DNA of 64,000 nt from a virus (IMGVR_UViG_3300035208_002606); one strand, 5' to 3'. Shown: positions 43,265 to 53,339, numbered from the stretch's first letter. Made by a program: numbers and translations. Notes: generated from the sequence alone by a model not told the origin.

Positions 43265-43471
43265 ATGATTGATATGACTTTAAAGGGTGTTTGGTGGTGG
43301 GGTTATCTCCACTCCAACGGCACGATTCAGGTCAAGCGGTGGTGGGGAGACCACGCCGATTATACAAGGGACTGCGAAGGAAATCCCTTCGTTCGTGCAG
43401 TAATCAAGCCGTTTCCCGCTGAAAGTTGGGACGCCGCCTACAAAATCATTTCGATGCAATTGAGAGGTTAA
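43265..43471 (+). CDS. hypothetical protein
   Basis: 68 aa ORF after promoter 43216-43244. Confidence 0.35.
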   Translation: MIDMTLKGVWWWGYLHSNGTIQVKRWWGDHADYTRDCEGNPFVRAVIKPFPAESWDAAYKIISMQLRG

Positions 43472-43473
43472 AA

Positions 43474-43725
43474 ATGACTGATAGGGAATGGAATAAAATC
43501 AGGCTTCTCAGCATAATCAATCCTGATATTGACCCCGATAAACTGAGCAAGTATTTCTGCTCGAATTGCAAAAAGTATTTTGATTGTGATATCATCAGGG
43601 GTTACGCAACAGAAACAATGGTAAAAGGAAGAAAAGAGAACACAATCAAGTTTAAGCAGAAAGGGAGAGAATATCACATCTACAAATGTTTTAAGGAGAA
43701 GGAAGATGAGAACAAAAAAAATTAA
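43474..43725 (+). CDS. hypothetical Cys-containing protein
   Basis: Start at MTDREW with RBS gagaggttaaaaATG. Confidence 0.35.
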   Translation: MTDREWNKIRLLSIINPDIDPDKLSKYFCSNCKKYFDCDIIRGYATETMVKGRKENTIKFKQKGREYHIYKCFKEKEDENKKN

Positions 43726-44371
43726 AACGGAGGAAACGATGGACGAGACCCCGAAGCGCAAGCGTGGCAGACCCCGCAAGGTGGTAGAAACCAAGAAAGA
43801 GGCCGTAGTAGTGGTTACGCCGAAAAAGCGTGGCAGACCCCGCAAGGAAGAGGCCATGGCAGTTGCACCGAAGAAACGTGGCAGACCCCGCAAGGTGAAA
43901 GAAACCAAGGAAGAAACCAAGGAAGAAACCCTTCACAAGGTTGCCAAACTCGGCAAGCGCAAACGCAATCAGGCAATCGAGCAGATGGCAATCGAAAAGA
44001 TTAACAAGAAGGTTCGTCGCAAGAACGGAAGTCTCGGCAACGGCGAGTCCCACGGAGAAGTTGTTTCGGTTACAACCTTCGGATTCCGTGACGAAGACAT
44101 TATTGCAGGGCCGAACAAAATGCCCGAAGGTCGCCGCATCTTTTTGGAGAATGAGGCCAAGCGTCTTGCGGAGCCGAAGCCGAAAGTAAAAATTCCCAAC
44201 CTTCCCAAAACCGAACTGAACCGCTACATCAGGCGGCTGAAGGAACGGGGCATCAAGCCGATGAACATCAAAGTCATCGAGAACACTCCGCAGTACTTCC
44301 GCATCGAGTTTAACGACGGCGCGAATGGGCCACTCACGACTTGCGGTCATGTCAAGGGGTGGGACCTATGA
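43706..44371 (+). CDS. AT-hook DNA-binding protein
   Basis: Three KRGRPRK AT-hook motifs in N-terminal third. Confidence 0.5.
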   Translation: MRTKKIKTEETMDETPKRKRGRPRKVVETKKEAVVVVTPKKRGRPRKEEAMAVAPKKRGRPRKVKETKEETKEETLHKVAKLGKRKRNQAIEQMAIEKINKKVRRKNGSLGNGESHGEVVSVTTFGFRDEDIIAGPNKMPEGRRIFLENEAKRLAEPKPKVKIPNLPKTELNRYIRRLKERGIKPMNIKVIENTPQYFRIEFNDGANGPLTTCGHVKGWDL

Positions 44372-44679
44372 AATTTTCCTTCGTTGATTTTGTCTTGAAT
44401 AAATTTGAAGCAGAGGCCGAAGGTGCTGACAAAGGCAAAGTAAATTTGTTGACAGCAATGAATATGGGGTGGCTTGTACCCACTTCTTCTTATGGAATTG
44501 CTCACCTTTTTGAAATCGACCCCTCTTCCATCTTTGGTTTTGCCCTGTTGCTTTTTATGGCTTTGCTTTTATTTCACCCTATTAAATTTTGGCATGTCTG
44601 CCGTTTTTTGAATGAAGTCGAAGAGGAAGAGAACCCCAAATCACGTAAGCATGAAACACAAAACCATAAAGAGGGCTAA
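44368..44679 (+). CDS. small membrane protein
   Basis: MKFSFVDF start with RBS; two hydrophobic segments. Confidence 0.4.
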   Translation: MKFSFVDFVLNKFEAEAEGADKGKVNLLTAMNMGWLVPTSSYGIAHLFEIDPSSIFGFALLLFMALLLFHPIKFWHVCRFLNEVEEEENPKSRKHETQNHKEG

Positions 44680-44789
44680 ATGGTGGTGTAGTGGGTGTGA
44701 CGGGGCCATCGTTCCCGTAGGTAAGAAATGCCCCCGATGCGGCAGGAAAAATAGGCAAATAGGAAATGTTGGAAAAACCAAGAAAAGGC

Positions 44790-44818
44790 TTGACAAGTTC
44801 GAAAAAATTTGGTATGAT
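44790..44818 (+). promoter_or_regulatory. TTGACA-17-TATGAT promoter
   Basis: ttgacaagttcgaaaaaatttggtatgat. Confidence 0.5.
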
Positions 44819-44835
44819 TAAAGTGAGGAGAACGA

Positions 44836-45435
44836 ATGAACATAATGATTTCCAACATCTGTGATGCCTTCAAGAGCAAGGCCGTGGGTTCCAAGGTCAG
44901 GCGGCAGTATCATAAGGCCTTCATGAAGGAATTGGAGAAGGCCATCCGTAATCACGATTGGGACTCTGACCTTGTGAAGGGTCAGACGGTTCTCGACCTT
45001 CCGCACAATGTCGCTTCGATGGTTTCCCCCGGAACTTGGTTTCGTCCTAGTGGCATGGCCCGTGTCGAAGATTATGTCCTGCGGGTGTATCGCAACAGGG
45101 CGGGTGTAAGCCTGAAGCGTAAGGCCAAGATGAAGTCCGACAATGTTTCCGTTGTTGTGTACACGAAGGACGGATATCGCAACGACCCCGACTTTGACGA
45201 ACACGATATTGAGGGTGTGCGCTTCAACAAGTTCTTCGGCAAGAGAGACGGTTATGTCCTTGTTGCAGTTCTTGGGAATCCTTCGTGGAGTAAGTCAACC
45301 GTTTCGTATTCCCGCTTCGTCAAGAATCTTGCGGGTGCGAACAATTCGTACAAGGTCATGACCAAGGACGAACTCGTTGACCTTGCGAAGAAAGTGGTCG
45401 AGCATAACGACAATTTCATGGGAGTGGCTGACTAA
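44836..45435 (+). CDS. hypothetical protein
   Basis: Promoter 44790-44818 and RBS gaggagaacgaATG. Confidence 0.5.
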   Translation: MNIMISNICDAFKSKAVGSKVRRQYHKAFMKELEKAIRNHDWDSDLVKGQTVLDLPHNVASMVSPGTWFRPSGMARVEDYVLRVYRNRAGVSLKRKAKMKSDNVSVVVYTKDGYRNDPDFDEHDIEGVRFNKFFGKRDGYVLVAVLGNPSWSKSTVSYSRFVKNLAGANNSYKVMTKDELVDLAKKVVEHNDNFMGVAD

Positions 45436-45436
45436 A

Positions 45437-45510
45437 AACACTAAATAATAGTGTAGGGACAAGGTTCGCAACCCTTTTGAAAAGCCACGCCTTTTCAAAT
45501 TACCTACACT
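45437..45510 (+). promoter_or_regulatory. conserved structured leader upstream of HNH gene (covarying copy)
   Basis: agtgtagg...cctacact outer helix (compensatory to copies 1-2), ggttcgcaacc, ttttgaaaag/cttttcaaa. Confidence 0.5.
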
Positions 45511-45536
45511 AAAATTTGACTTGCGTGGGGGTTAAA

Positions 45537-46073
45537 ATGTCAAAGAAAAAGTATTTTACGGAAGAAGAAAAAAAGAAAGCCAAACAAGAATATGATAAAA
45601 TATATTGTAAAAAATATAAAGAAATAAGAAACAAAAAAGCAAAAGAATATTATCAAAAACATAGAGAAAGATATTTAGAAGAAAAAAGAAAGTATCGTAA
45701 AACACATTCAAAAGAAATAAAAGATTATCGTAATAAAAGAATGAAAACTGATATTAAATTCAAACTTATTTGTTATTTACGAAGCAGATTAAGTGTTGCT
45801 GTTAGAAATAATCAAAAATCAGGTTCCGCAGTCAAAGATTTAGGTTGTTCTATCCCTGAACTTAAAATTTACTTAGAATCTAAATTCCAAGTAGGAATGA
45901 CTTGGGAAAATTGGGGAATCAATGGCTGGCATATAGACCATATTATTCCTTTGGATTCCTTCAATCTACAAAACAAGGACGAATTTCTAAAAGCCTCTCA
46001 TTATACCAATCTCCAACCAATGTGGGCTGAAGAGAATTGGGAAAAAGGTAATAAAATAATACTTGACAAATGA
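45537..46073 (+). CDS. HNH homing endonuclease (third paralog)
   Basis: GWHIDHIIPLDSFNL...HYTNLQPMWAEENWEKG; preceded by structured leader. Confidence 0.75.
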   Translation: MSKKKYFTEEEKKKAKQEYDKIYCKKYKEIRNKKAKEYYQKHRERYLEEKRKYRKTHSKEIKDYRNKRMKTDIKFKLICYLRSRLSVAVRNNQKSGSAVKDLGCSIPELKIYLESKFQVGMTWENWGINGWHIDHIIPLDSFNLQNKDEFLKASHYTNLQPMWAEENWEKGNKIILDK

Positions 46074-46097
46074 AAATAAAAGGAGTATAATATAAAT

Positions 46098-47306
46098 ATG
46101 GTTAAATTAATCAAGTCCCTAGAGAACGAGCCTAGCACCAACAAGAAAATTGAACTGCTGAAAAACTTCAAGGATAAAAAACTCTTGAAGGAAGTCCTGT
46201 TCTATACTCTCAACCCCGAATTCAACTACTACATCAAGAAACTGCCGAAAATGGTAACGGGTGTTGGAGCGTTCGATGCGGGTTGGAATTTATTTAAGGC
46301 GCATCTTAATAAACTGAACGCTAGAAAAGTTACAGGCAATGAAGCAATTGAGCAGACGGTGAAATGGTTTGAAGCGTTTAATCCCGAAGCCCAAGACCTC
46401 TGCAAGCGCATCCTGTTTCGTGACTTGCGTTGCAATGTCTCCGACAAGATTGCGAACAAGGTTTTTCCGAAACTGATTCCTGAGTTCAAGGTGCAGTTGG
46501 CGAACAAGTACGACCCCAATAAAAAGTACAAGAACGAAAAGTGGGCGGCGAATAGAAAACTTGATGGATTAAGGGCCGTCTTCAAAAATGAAAAACTATG
46601 GACAAGAAACGGCAAAGAAATTTTTGGGTTTAACCACATTATTAAGGAATTAAAAACTCTTGGTAAATTTGATTTGGTGGATGGGGAACTTTATAGCCAC
46701 GATTTAGGATTCCAAACTATTCAAGGATATGTTCTTTCTCACAAAAATATCAATGAAAATGAAAAAAAGAAAATATTCTATAATATTTTTGTCCTTCTTG
46801 ATAAAAATACAACTACTCAAAAAATGATTGAAAAAATCAATTCACTTGACAAGAAGAATTCCTTCAATTATCTTAAATTCGTACAGTATGAAATCATTGA
46901 TAATGATTTTGAAAAAATCAAAGAACTTGATAAGAAATATGTAGAAGAAAAATTTGAAGGTGTAATGTTGCGCTCTATGGATACTGTTTATGATTTTAAG
47001 AGAAGCGATGCCTTATTGAAATACAAATCATTCAAAGAAGAATCGCTAAAAATTATTAATATTGTTGAAGGAGTAGGAAAATATAAAGGAAAACTCGGAG
47101 CCTTTGTTTGTGAAGGTAAAGTTGAAAAACACAATATCAAAACTGAAGTTGGAAGCGGATTCTCTGACGAACAACGAGAAGAGTTTTGGAACGATAGGAA
47201 ATCGTTAATTGGTAAATTAATTTCTGTGAAATATCAAAATTTATCAGACGATAACTCTTCTTTAAGATTTCCAATCTTTCTTGGTTTTCAATTAGACCGC
47301 CAATGA
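46098..47306 (+). CDS. ATP-dependent DNA ligase
   Basis: NRKLDGLRAVF KxDGxR motif I; ~400 aa phage-type ligase. Confidence 0.7.
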   Translation: MVKLIKSLENEPSTNKKIELLKNFKDKKLLKEVLFYTLNPEFNYYIKKLPKMVTGVGAFDAGWNLFKAHLNKLNARKVTGNEAIEQTVKWFEAFNPEAQDLCKRILFRDLRCNVSDKIANKVFPKLIPEFKVQLANKYDPNKKYKNEKWAANRKLDGLRAVFKNEKLWTRNGKEIFGFNHIIKELKTLGKFDLVDGELYSHDLGFQTIQGYVLSHKNINENEKKKIFYNIFVLLDKNTTTQKMIEKINSLDKKNSFNYLKFVQYEIIDNDFEKIKELDKKYVEEKFEGVMLRSMDTVYDFKRSDALLKYKSFKEESLKIINIVEGVGKYKGKLGAFVCEGKVEKHNIKTEVGSGFSDEQREEFWNDRKSLIGKLISVKYQNLSDDNSSLRFPIFLGFQLDRQ

Positions 47307-47320
47307 AAATAAGGACAGAT

Positions 47321-47493
47321 GAAAAATAAATTAGCACCCTGCCCCAAATGCGGAGGCGAGGTTAGTATCGAAATCGAAGATGCCGACTATCCCTGCTACG
47401 AATATGTCGTGTGTAAAAAATGCGGGTTCCAAAAAATGTATCATTTTGGTAACGGCATGTTTCGGTGGAACAAGGAATTTGAGGATAAATAAA
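47321..47493 (+). CDS. zinc-ribbon small protein
   Basis: CPKCGG...CKKCG, 57 aa, not in ORF track. Confidence 0.35.
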
Positions 47494-47702
47494 TGCTTAT
47501 CGTTAAAGTGTTCGTGAATGAGGAACAGATTGACGAATTGTACATCCACAATGTTACAGGAGACATCCGCAAGACAATTCACGAATACGAAATCTGCAAG
47601 CCCGACTTGAGAAAGGAAACAACCATCAAGCACCGCCGTTCTGATGGGTGGATGCCGTTGGTTCGCAAAGTGTTGGGGTATCTTATCAAGAGGGAGAAGT
47701 GA
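47493..47702 (+). CDS. hypothetical small protein
   Basis: 69 aa ORF, ATGA-type coupling. Confidence 0.35.
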   Translation: MLIVKVFVNEEQIDELYIHNVTGDIRKTIHEYEICKPDLRKETTIKHRRSDGWMPLVRKVLGYLIKREK

Positions 47703-47918
47703 AACCCTTAACCTTTGACGAAAGATTGAAATTGATACGCAAGGTAAACTTGTGGATAAAACTTCATACGGGAATAAAATGGGGACTTCGGAGGCGAGGA
47801 AGAGTGGGTTGTCTCTCTTGTCATCATGCACCGCCATGTCTCTATGACCCCACTTGGGGTCAAAAAATGGGATTTGTTTTTAATGGCATTTGCTTCGGAT
47901 TCCTGTGGCCCAAAGACA

Positions 47919-48341
47919 ATGAATAAACAAATAAAAACTGCCAAGAGAAGGCGCAAGTATTACACGATGAAAAAGAAAAAGGAAGACCGCACCAAACTTT
48001 ATGACCGCATTCGTTTTCTAAAAACTTTTAACAAGGTTGATGAAAAGGGAAATGTCCTGATTCCTAGCAGATATTATCTCCCTTTTGTCAAAGCAATCAA
48101 CTGTTATTCCTGCAAATATTTTATTAAAAACACAATGCCAAAAGATTGTGAGCATTACGACCCTATCTATCTTCGTTTAGAGGATGTAGAAAAAGACAAT
48201 TCTAAAAAAATCAACCCTATTTGGGAACTCAGATGGTTTTGTAAAGGTCACGAGTTCAGGAAACGCTTGGTTCGTAGAAAATACAGACCCTTTGAAACGC
48301 CCTTGACAAGTCCCAAAAGGTGTGATATAATCAAACCATGA
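47919..48341 (+). CDS. hypothetical basic protein
   Basis: Start placed at MNKQIKTAKRRRK. Confidence 0.35.
   Translation: MNKQIKTAKRRRKYYTMKKKKEDRTKLYDRIRFLKTFNKVDEKGNVLIPSRYYLPFVKAINCYSCKYFIKNTMPKDCEHYDPIYLRLEDVEKDNSKKINPIWELRWFCKGHEFRKRLVRRKYRPFETPLTSPKRCDIIKP
48303..48331 (+). promoter_or_regulatory. repeated consensus promoter CTTGACAAGTCC-N-GTGATATAAT (copy 1)
   Basis: ttgacaagtcccaaaaggtgtgatataat. Confidence 0.6.
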
Positions 48342-49288
48342 ACGAAAAACTATTTGCTGAACAGGGAAAAGTGCTTGAGTACCGTGTGGGTTCGCACCTG
48401 TACGGAACCAATACTCCGACCTCTGACGAAGATTACAGCGGCGTGTTTGTCGCTCCTGAAGAGTACTACCTTGGGCTTAACAGCGTGGAAGAGGTTGACC
48501 TCTCCGTTGTTTCCAAGCGTGAGGACGGCAAGAACAATCCCGATGCTGTTGACCGCAAACTCTACGAGTTCCGCAAGTTCGTGAGGCTCTCTCTAGAGAA
48601 TAATCCGAATGTCGTGGAGCAGTTGTTCGTAAACGAGCCGAACCTGTTGTTCGCTAACGATTTCGGGCGGGAACTGCTCTCACACCGTCATATGTTCCTG
48701 CACCGTGGATTGAAGCACAAGTTTCTCGGCTACGGATTCTCGCAGAAGCACAAGATGATAATTAGGACGGACAAGTTCTACGAACTCAAGAACGCTTTGG
48801 ATTGGATGAAGGAATTTAACAAGCCCGAACTCTACATGGTGGAGTTAAAGGACAAGCAACTGCCGTTCATGATGTTCAAGCAGAAGCATGTTACGATAGG
48901 AGACCTTGACTTCGAACTCACCCGTCAAATGCGGTGGGTGCAGAAGAAGGTTGAAGAGAGGCTCTCCAAAGTCGGCAACCGCAAGGAACTTTACCTGAGC
49001 AAGGGTTACGATACCAAGTTCGCTTCGCACTTCCTTCGCTTGCTGATGGAAGGAATGGAACTGCTTGAGACGGGAGACCTTCAGTTCCCGCTTCGGGACA
49101 GGGAACTCGTTCTTGAAGTTAAGGAAGGCAAGTGGAATCTGAACGAAGTTCTTAAACTTGGAGACGAAGTCGAGAAATGGGTTGAAAAACTCAGCGAGAA
49201 AAGTCCGCTTCCGTCTCGGCCCCGATTTGATGAGGTCAATCGTCTTGTCGTGGGAATGCTCAAAAGGCATTTTCATTACGAAGTGTGA
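48338..49288 (+). CDS. Pol-beta-superfamily nucleotidyltransferase
   Basis: RVGSHLYGTNTPTSDEDYSGVFVAP (GS..G...SD.D) nucleotidyltransferase fold signature. Confidence 0.55.
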   Translation: MNEKLFAEQGKVLEYRVGSHLYGTNTPTSDEDYSGVFVAPEEYYLGLNSVEEVDLSVVSKREDGKNNPDAVDRKLYEFRKFVRLSLENNPNVVEQLFVNEPNLLFANDFGRELLSHRHMFLHRGLKHKFLGYGFSQKHKMIIRTDKFYELKNALDWMKEFNKPELYMVELKDKQLPFMMFKQKHVTIGDLDFELTRQMRWVQKKVEERLSKVGNRKELYLSKGYDTKFASHFLRLLMEGMELLETGDLQFPLRDRELVLEVKEGKWNLNEVLKLGDEVEKWVEKLSEKSPLPSRPRFDEVNRLVVGMLKRHFHYEV

Positions 49289-49294
49289 TATAAT
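49284..49294 (+). promoter_or_regulatory. extended -10 promoter
   Basis: gtgtgatataat. Confidence 0.45.
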
Positions 49295-49309
49295 AGAAGG
49301 AGAGGAAAA

Positions 49310-49519
49310 ATGCACGAAACAAAAAAGAAAGCCCCAAAGGGTAAATATCGGGTAATCGGCGTGGATATGTTTAGTCACGAAGATTATTTGGTAGGAGATT
49401 ATGCAACCCGACTGAAAGCCATTCATGTCGTTGACGAGAAAAAAAAGAAAGCACAAAGTCAAGGGAGTCTGCCCGACAGGTATTACGCGTACAACGACAA
49501 AGGCGAGTGGATTGGATAA
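49310..49519 (+). CDS. hypothetical protein
   Basis: Promoter 49289-49294, RBS aggagaggaaaaATG. Confidence 0.4.
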   Translation: MHETKKKAPKGKYRVIGVDMFSHEDYLVGDYATRLKAIHVVDEKKKKAQSQGSLPDRYYAYNDKGEWIG

Positions 49520-49803
49520 TGGATAAATTCAAGAAAGTCAAAACGGCAAAAAGAACAAGAGTTAAATTTGCCCGTCTGCAAGTTACGAATACTTATGTCG
49601 GATATCAATGCCCCCATTGCGGGGTGTTATATTGCAACGGTGGCCCAAAGTTAAATGTCACCCGATTTCGTTGTGAAAGGTGTGATAATGAAATTATTGT
49701 AGACGGTCAGGATGAGTTATCTTACGATGATTTAATGGACGGGAACTTTCACAAAGTAATCCCACAACAGGCACAAATGTGGAAAGTTGTTAAAGGAGAA
49801 TAA
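49507..49803 (+). CDS. zinc-ribbon protein
   Basis: CPHCG...CERCDNE. Confidence 0.4.
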   Translation: MDWIMDKFKKVKTAKRTRVKFARLQVTNTYVGYQCPHCGVLYCNGGPKLNVTRFRCERCDNEIIVDGQDELSYDDLMDGNFHKVIPQQAQMWKVVKGE

Positions 49804-49806
49804 AAA

Positions 49807-50118
49807 ATGATTAACAGCGAAATTTATTATCCAAATGATGCACTACATCGGGTGGAACAAATGCCTGATGGAATAAACCGACATGATGTTTTAATGGGGC
49901 GGCTGTTAATCAAAAATGCGAGGAAAAAAATGAGGCAAATTGAAATTAAAAAATCTGATAGTCTTGGATACGATGAATGGTGGGTTGAATCTTGGGCTTG
50001 CCCAAACCCTAAGTGTGATTACGGCAGTATTCTTCCCGATGATAAGTACTGTGGTGGATGCGGAAAAAAAATAAAATGGATTGAAGATAAAGAGGAGAAG
50101 AAAAATGAAAACCGTTAA
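49807..50118 (+). CDS. zinc-ribbon protein
   Basis: CPNPKCDYG...CGGCGKK. Confidence 0.4.
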   Translation: MINSEIYYPNDALHRVEQMPDGINRHDVLMGRLLIKNARKKMRQIEIKKSDSLGYDEWWVESWACPNPKCDYGSILPDDKYCGGCGKKIKWIEDKEEKKNENR

Positions 50119-50266
50119 GAAGGGTAAAGAAATTCGGCGTGTGCGTGAGAAGATGGCTAGCAAGATGGTGTTCGCTGAAGGATGGGCTTACTGTCCCAAG
50201 TCGGAGTATAAGGACAAGGTTGTCCCCGTTAGTGTTGAACCTGAAGAGGAAAAGGAGAAGAAATAA
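50105..50266 (+). CDS. hypothetical small protein
   Basis: 53 aa, RBS aggagaagaaaaATG. Confidence 0.3.
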   Translation: MKTVKKGKEIRRVREKMASKMVFAEGWAYCPKSEYKDKVVPVSVEPEEEKEKK

Positions 50267-50267
50267 A

Positions 50268-50537
50268 ATGCAAGAATCTAAATCCGACCCTTGGTTTCCT
50301 GTAGAGGGACACTCAGGAGTTAAACCTGTAATGGACGAGGAAACTGCCCTCTCCAAAATGACCCCTGCTCAAAAGGAGCAGTTGGAAAAACTGAAAAAGG
50401 CTTACGAAGATAAGATTGCCAATCTTCGTAGAAACGCCAACCTAAAATTGATGGCGCAGGAAAAAGCCGCCGCCAAGCGCAAAAAGGCCGAAAAGGTTGC
50501 CAAGAAACAGAGGAAGATTAACAGGAGAAAGAAATGA
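50268..50537 (+). CDS. hypothetical Lys-rich protein
   Basis: ORF. Confidence 0.4.
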   Translation: MQESKSDPWFPVEGHSGVKPVMDEETALSKMTPAQKEQLEKLKKAYEDKIANLRRNANLKLMAQEKAAAKRKKAEKVAKKQRKINRRKK

Positions 50538-50706
50538 TAGATTTTGGATACAGTAATTATTTAACCAAACGGAAACAGGGTGAGTGTTGGCAACTTTCAA
50601 CACCTTATTTTTATTTTTTCCGTTTCCCAAAAAGTTGTTTCTTTCTTGGACTGTCTTTCTTTTTCTTTGAGGCATATATAAAAATTAATAAAAAGGAGAA
50701 AGGGGA

Positions 50707-50901
50707 ATGATGACTCTAAATGATATTGAAACTAAGCAGTCCGAACTGCTGAAGAAAGTAGAAGCCCTCTTTGCAAACAAAAACAGGACGCAGAGGGAAA
50801 TGGACGAACTGCACGATGAAATTCGTAAGTTCGAGAAGGAGAAGGCTTCAATTGTTTACAAAACCCTGATGGATGAAACCATCGATTCCAATATTAAATA
50901 A
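50707..50901 (+). CDS. hypothetical coiled-coil small protein
   Basis: RBS aaaggagaaaggggaATG. Confidence 0.4.
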   Translation: MMTLNDIETKQSELLKKVEALFANKNRTQREMDELHDEIRKFEKEKASIVYKTLMDETIDSNIK

Positions 50902-50909
50902 GGAGAAAG

Positions 50910-51461
50910 ATGTCCGACAAGAAAGACAAACTGAAGGAAATTGAAGAGGCTCGGCGCAAGGCTTGGAAAGCGTTTCAAAAACTCAACTTCGACAAACTGA
51001 CAAACGCACAGAGAGTGGAACAAATTCAGGAACTCTACGGCGTAATGTCGCTCTCTGAACCTGTTGACGAAACTGAAGTCCCGTTTGACTTTTGGACGGA
51101 ATACGAGAACACGGAAGAAATCAAGGATATCAAGAAATTTAAGGACTATGTCGCCAACACCCTTAAAAATCTTCCTACCAATCCTACGAAGGAATCGTGG
51201 CTTGACAGGGAACGGGGAATCATCTCCAACATGAAGAGGGAATGGAAAGCCAAGGTCGAGCCGTTCAAGGACGAGCGCAAGTTGAAAAAGTTGATGGAAG
51301 AGAAGATTAACGAACTGCTCCAAGGCGGCAAGAACAATTTCTCTGTCAACTACAACAAGACGATAAAAAAGATGGTTGAAAATATTGAGGAGACCCTTTA
51401 TCAACCCACTCGCAAGGAGATTGAGAAGATTGAAACGGAGATTAAAAAGAGGACAGCATGA
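50910..51461 (+). CDS. hypothetical protein
   Basis: 183 aa ORF with RBS. Confidence 0.45.
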   Translation: MSDKKDKLKEIEEARRKAWKAFQKLNFDKLTNAQRVEQIQELYGVMSLSEPVDETEVPFDFWTEYENTEEIKDIKKFKDYVANTLKNLPTNPTKESWLDRERGIISNMKREWKAKVEPFKDERKLKKLMEEKINELLQGGKNNFSVNYNKTIKKMVENIEETLYQPTRKEIEKIETEIKKRTA

Positions 51462-51621
51462 AAAAAATTAATAAGCAATGGGGTATTATTGGTTTTTATT
51501 TGAGTTTTATTTTGATAGGAACGGCTATGCAATATAGTTGGACTATGAATGGTTGGAATCTTCTGCTTGTCTTGTTTCCCGCCTTTCTCGGAACATTCAT
51601 CATAACAACAGGAAAATAATA

Positions 51622-52119
51622 ATGGAAATTGCAACCCTGTATAACCTAGACGATATTTTTTATAGGGTCAAAAATAATCAAACGGCTTTTTGGGTAGTAC
51701 ACAATATTCTAATTTCAGGCGCAGGGCAAAAAATTATTTACGAAGTCATAAATCCTGAGAAACAAACAACCGACACCATAGAAGAAAAAAAATTACAAGA
51801 AATGGTGAATAGAGGGGAATTATACAGGAGCATTGAGGGGGTTCGAGAGGCACTAAACAAGTCTGTAGAAAAAACGATTGAAGGTTTGGAAAACGCTAAG
51901 AAAAAGTTTTTAAAGGCAAAACTAAAGCGAACCCTTCATGGCAAACCACGCAAGGTAAATGAATCCGCAGATTCTATACAGAAAAAAATATCTCCCCCTG
52001 AAGAGGACGCTATTGACCCTGACCCCAATCCTATCCTTTTGAATAGAAAATGGACAAAAAAACTAATAAATGAATTTTACAAACGAGAAAAAGAGGAAGA
52101 GGATTTTCCTAATTTCTGA
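51622..52119 (+). CDS. hypothetical protein
   Basis: Start MEIATLYNL. Confidence 0.45.
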   Translation: MEIATLYNLDDIFYRVKNNQTAFWVVHNILISGAGQKIIYEVINPEKQTTDTIEEKKLQEMVNRGELYRSIEGVREALNKSVEKTIEGLENAKKKFLKAKLKRTLHGKPRKVNESADSIQKKISPPEEDAIDPDPNPILLNRKWTKKLINEFYKREKEEEDFPNF

Positions 52120-52128
52120 TAAATAAAG

Positions 52129-52830
52129 ATGATGGAAGAAGAAGTTAATTACGGTTGGATTTATTTGTTTACGGTCAGTAACAGGGGATATGTTGGTCAG
52201 GCTGTGAACTTAAAACAAAGGTTTAGAGTACATTTTAGACTTAAAAAACCCAATCCCTATTTTCACAACTCTTTACGAAAACACTTTTCTAACCCCGAAA
52301 GTTCCTTCAAAATTTTAGAGTGTTGGAAAAGAAACGGCAGGACTTTAGAAGAATTTAAAAATTTATTGGATACTAGGGAAATTTTTTGGATTAATGATTT
52401 AAACACCTTCGACCTTAAACAGAAGAATGGCTGGAATTTAACAAAGGGCGGGGGTGGAAGTTTAGGATACATACCAACAGAAGAAACTAGAAATTTAATG
52501 GGCGAAAAACGGATAAAATATTTACAAGAACATCCTGAAAAAATGAAAGGGGAGTATCACCCGTGGTGGAAAAGGAGACATCTTGAAAAAACCAAAAAAT
52601 TACAATCAGAAAAACGAATAAAATATTTACAAGAACACCCAAAAGCAAAAGAAAAATTGGAAGGGGAAAATAACCCAAATGCCAAATTAACAAAACAAAA
52701 TGTAATTGAAATTAGAAAATTAATAAATGAAAACAAACTAACTAGGAAAGAAATTTTTACTCATTTTAATATTTCTAAAAAACAGTTTTACAGAATAAAA
52801 AATTATGAAAGTTGGGAAAATTTAAAGTGA
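52129..52830 (+). CDS. GIY-YIG homing endonuclease with NUMOD-like repeats
   Basis: GWIYLFTVSNRGYVGQA...R..H; repeated EKRIKYLQEHPE modules. Confidence 0.75.
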   Translation: MMEEEVNYGWIYLFTVSNRGYVGQAVNLKQRFRVHFRLKKPNPYFHNSLRKHFSNPESSFKILECWKRNGRTLEEFKNLLDTREIFWINDLNTFDLKQKNGWNLTKGGGGSLGYIPTEETRNLMGEKRIKYLQEHPEKMKGEYHPWWKRRHLEKTKKLQSEKRIKYLQEHPKAKEKLEGENNPNAKLTKQNVIEIRKLINENKLTRKEIFTHFNISKKQFYRIKNYESWENLK

Positions 52831-53339
52831 AATTTAAGAAAATAAGAATTTTAATAGTAGCCGATTTTGATGATACACTAGCGACTACTGATGCTAAAAT
52901 CAAAATTCCAAACAAAGGCCTAGCCCTATCAACGCAGGAATTTGCCGATTATCAAATCAAACCCGATGATAAACTCGACCTGTCTGATTTTGAGAAAGGG
53001 GGATTGATTAATCCGAAACCTACTAATTTTTTAAAAACTGCCTTCCGCAAAATTGTGGGAGGCGAGTCGGATATTATGATTTTAACCGCAAGGCCCAACA
53101 CAAACGGAATCCGTGACTTCCTATCAAAATGGGTAGACCCCGAACGCTTGATTATTGTAGGTGGGAAAGAGGGAGCCACGGGAGAGGAATTGGCAGCACT
53201 AAAAAGAAATGCAATCCTTTCCCGATTAGATGATTACGATGATGTTCGTTTTTACGATGACTCCGAAAGAAATATCGAAGCCGTTAAATCTTTAAACCAT
53301 CCGAAAATTAAAACCCAACTCGTTAAAATCAAACGATAA
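52827..53339 (+). CDS. HAD-superfamily phosphatase-like protein
   Basis: ILIVADFDDTLATT DxDxT motif; GTG start would give MKFKKIRIL. Confidence 0.5.
   Translation: MKFKKIRILIVADFDDTLATTDAKIKIPNKGLALSTQEFADYQIKPDDKLDLSDFEKGGLINPKPTNFLKTAFRKIVGGESDIMILTARPNTNGIRDFLSKWVDPERLIIVGGKEGATGEELAALKRNAILSRLDDYDDVRFYDDSERNIEAVKSLNHPKIKTQLVKIKR

Noticed and set aside
46075-46095. tataat-like hexamer in aaggagtataatataaatATG
   Set aside because: It is part of the RBS-start spacer of the ligase gene, not a separate promoter.
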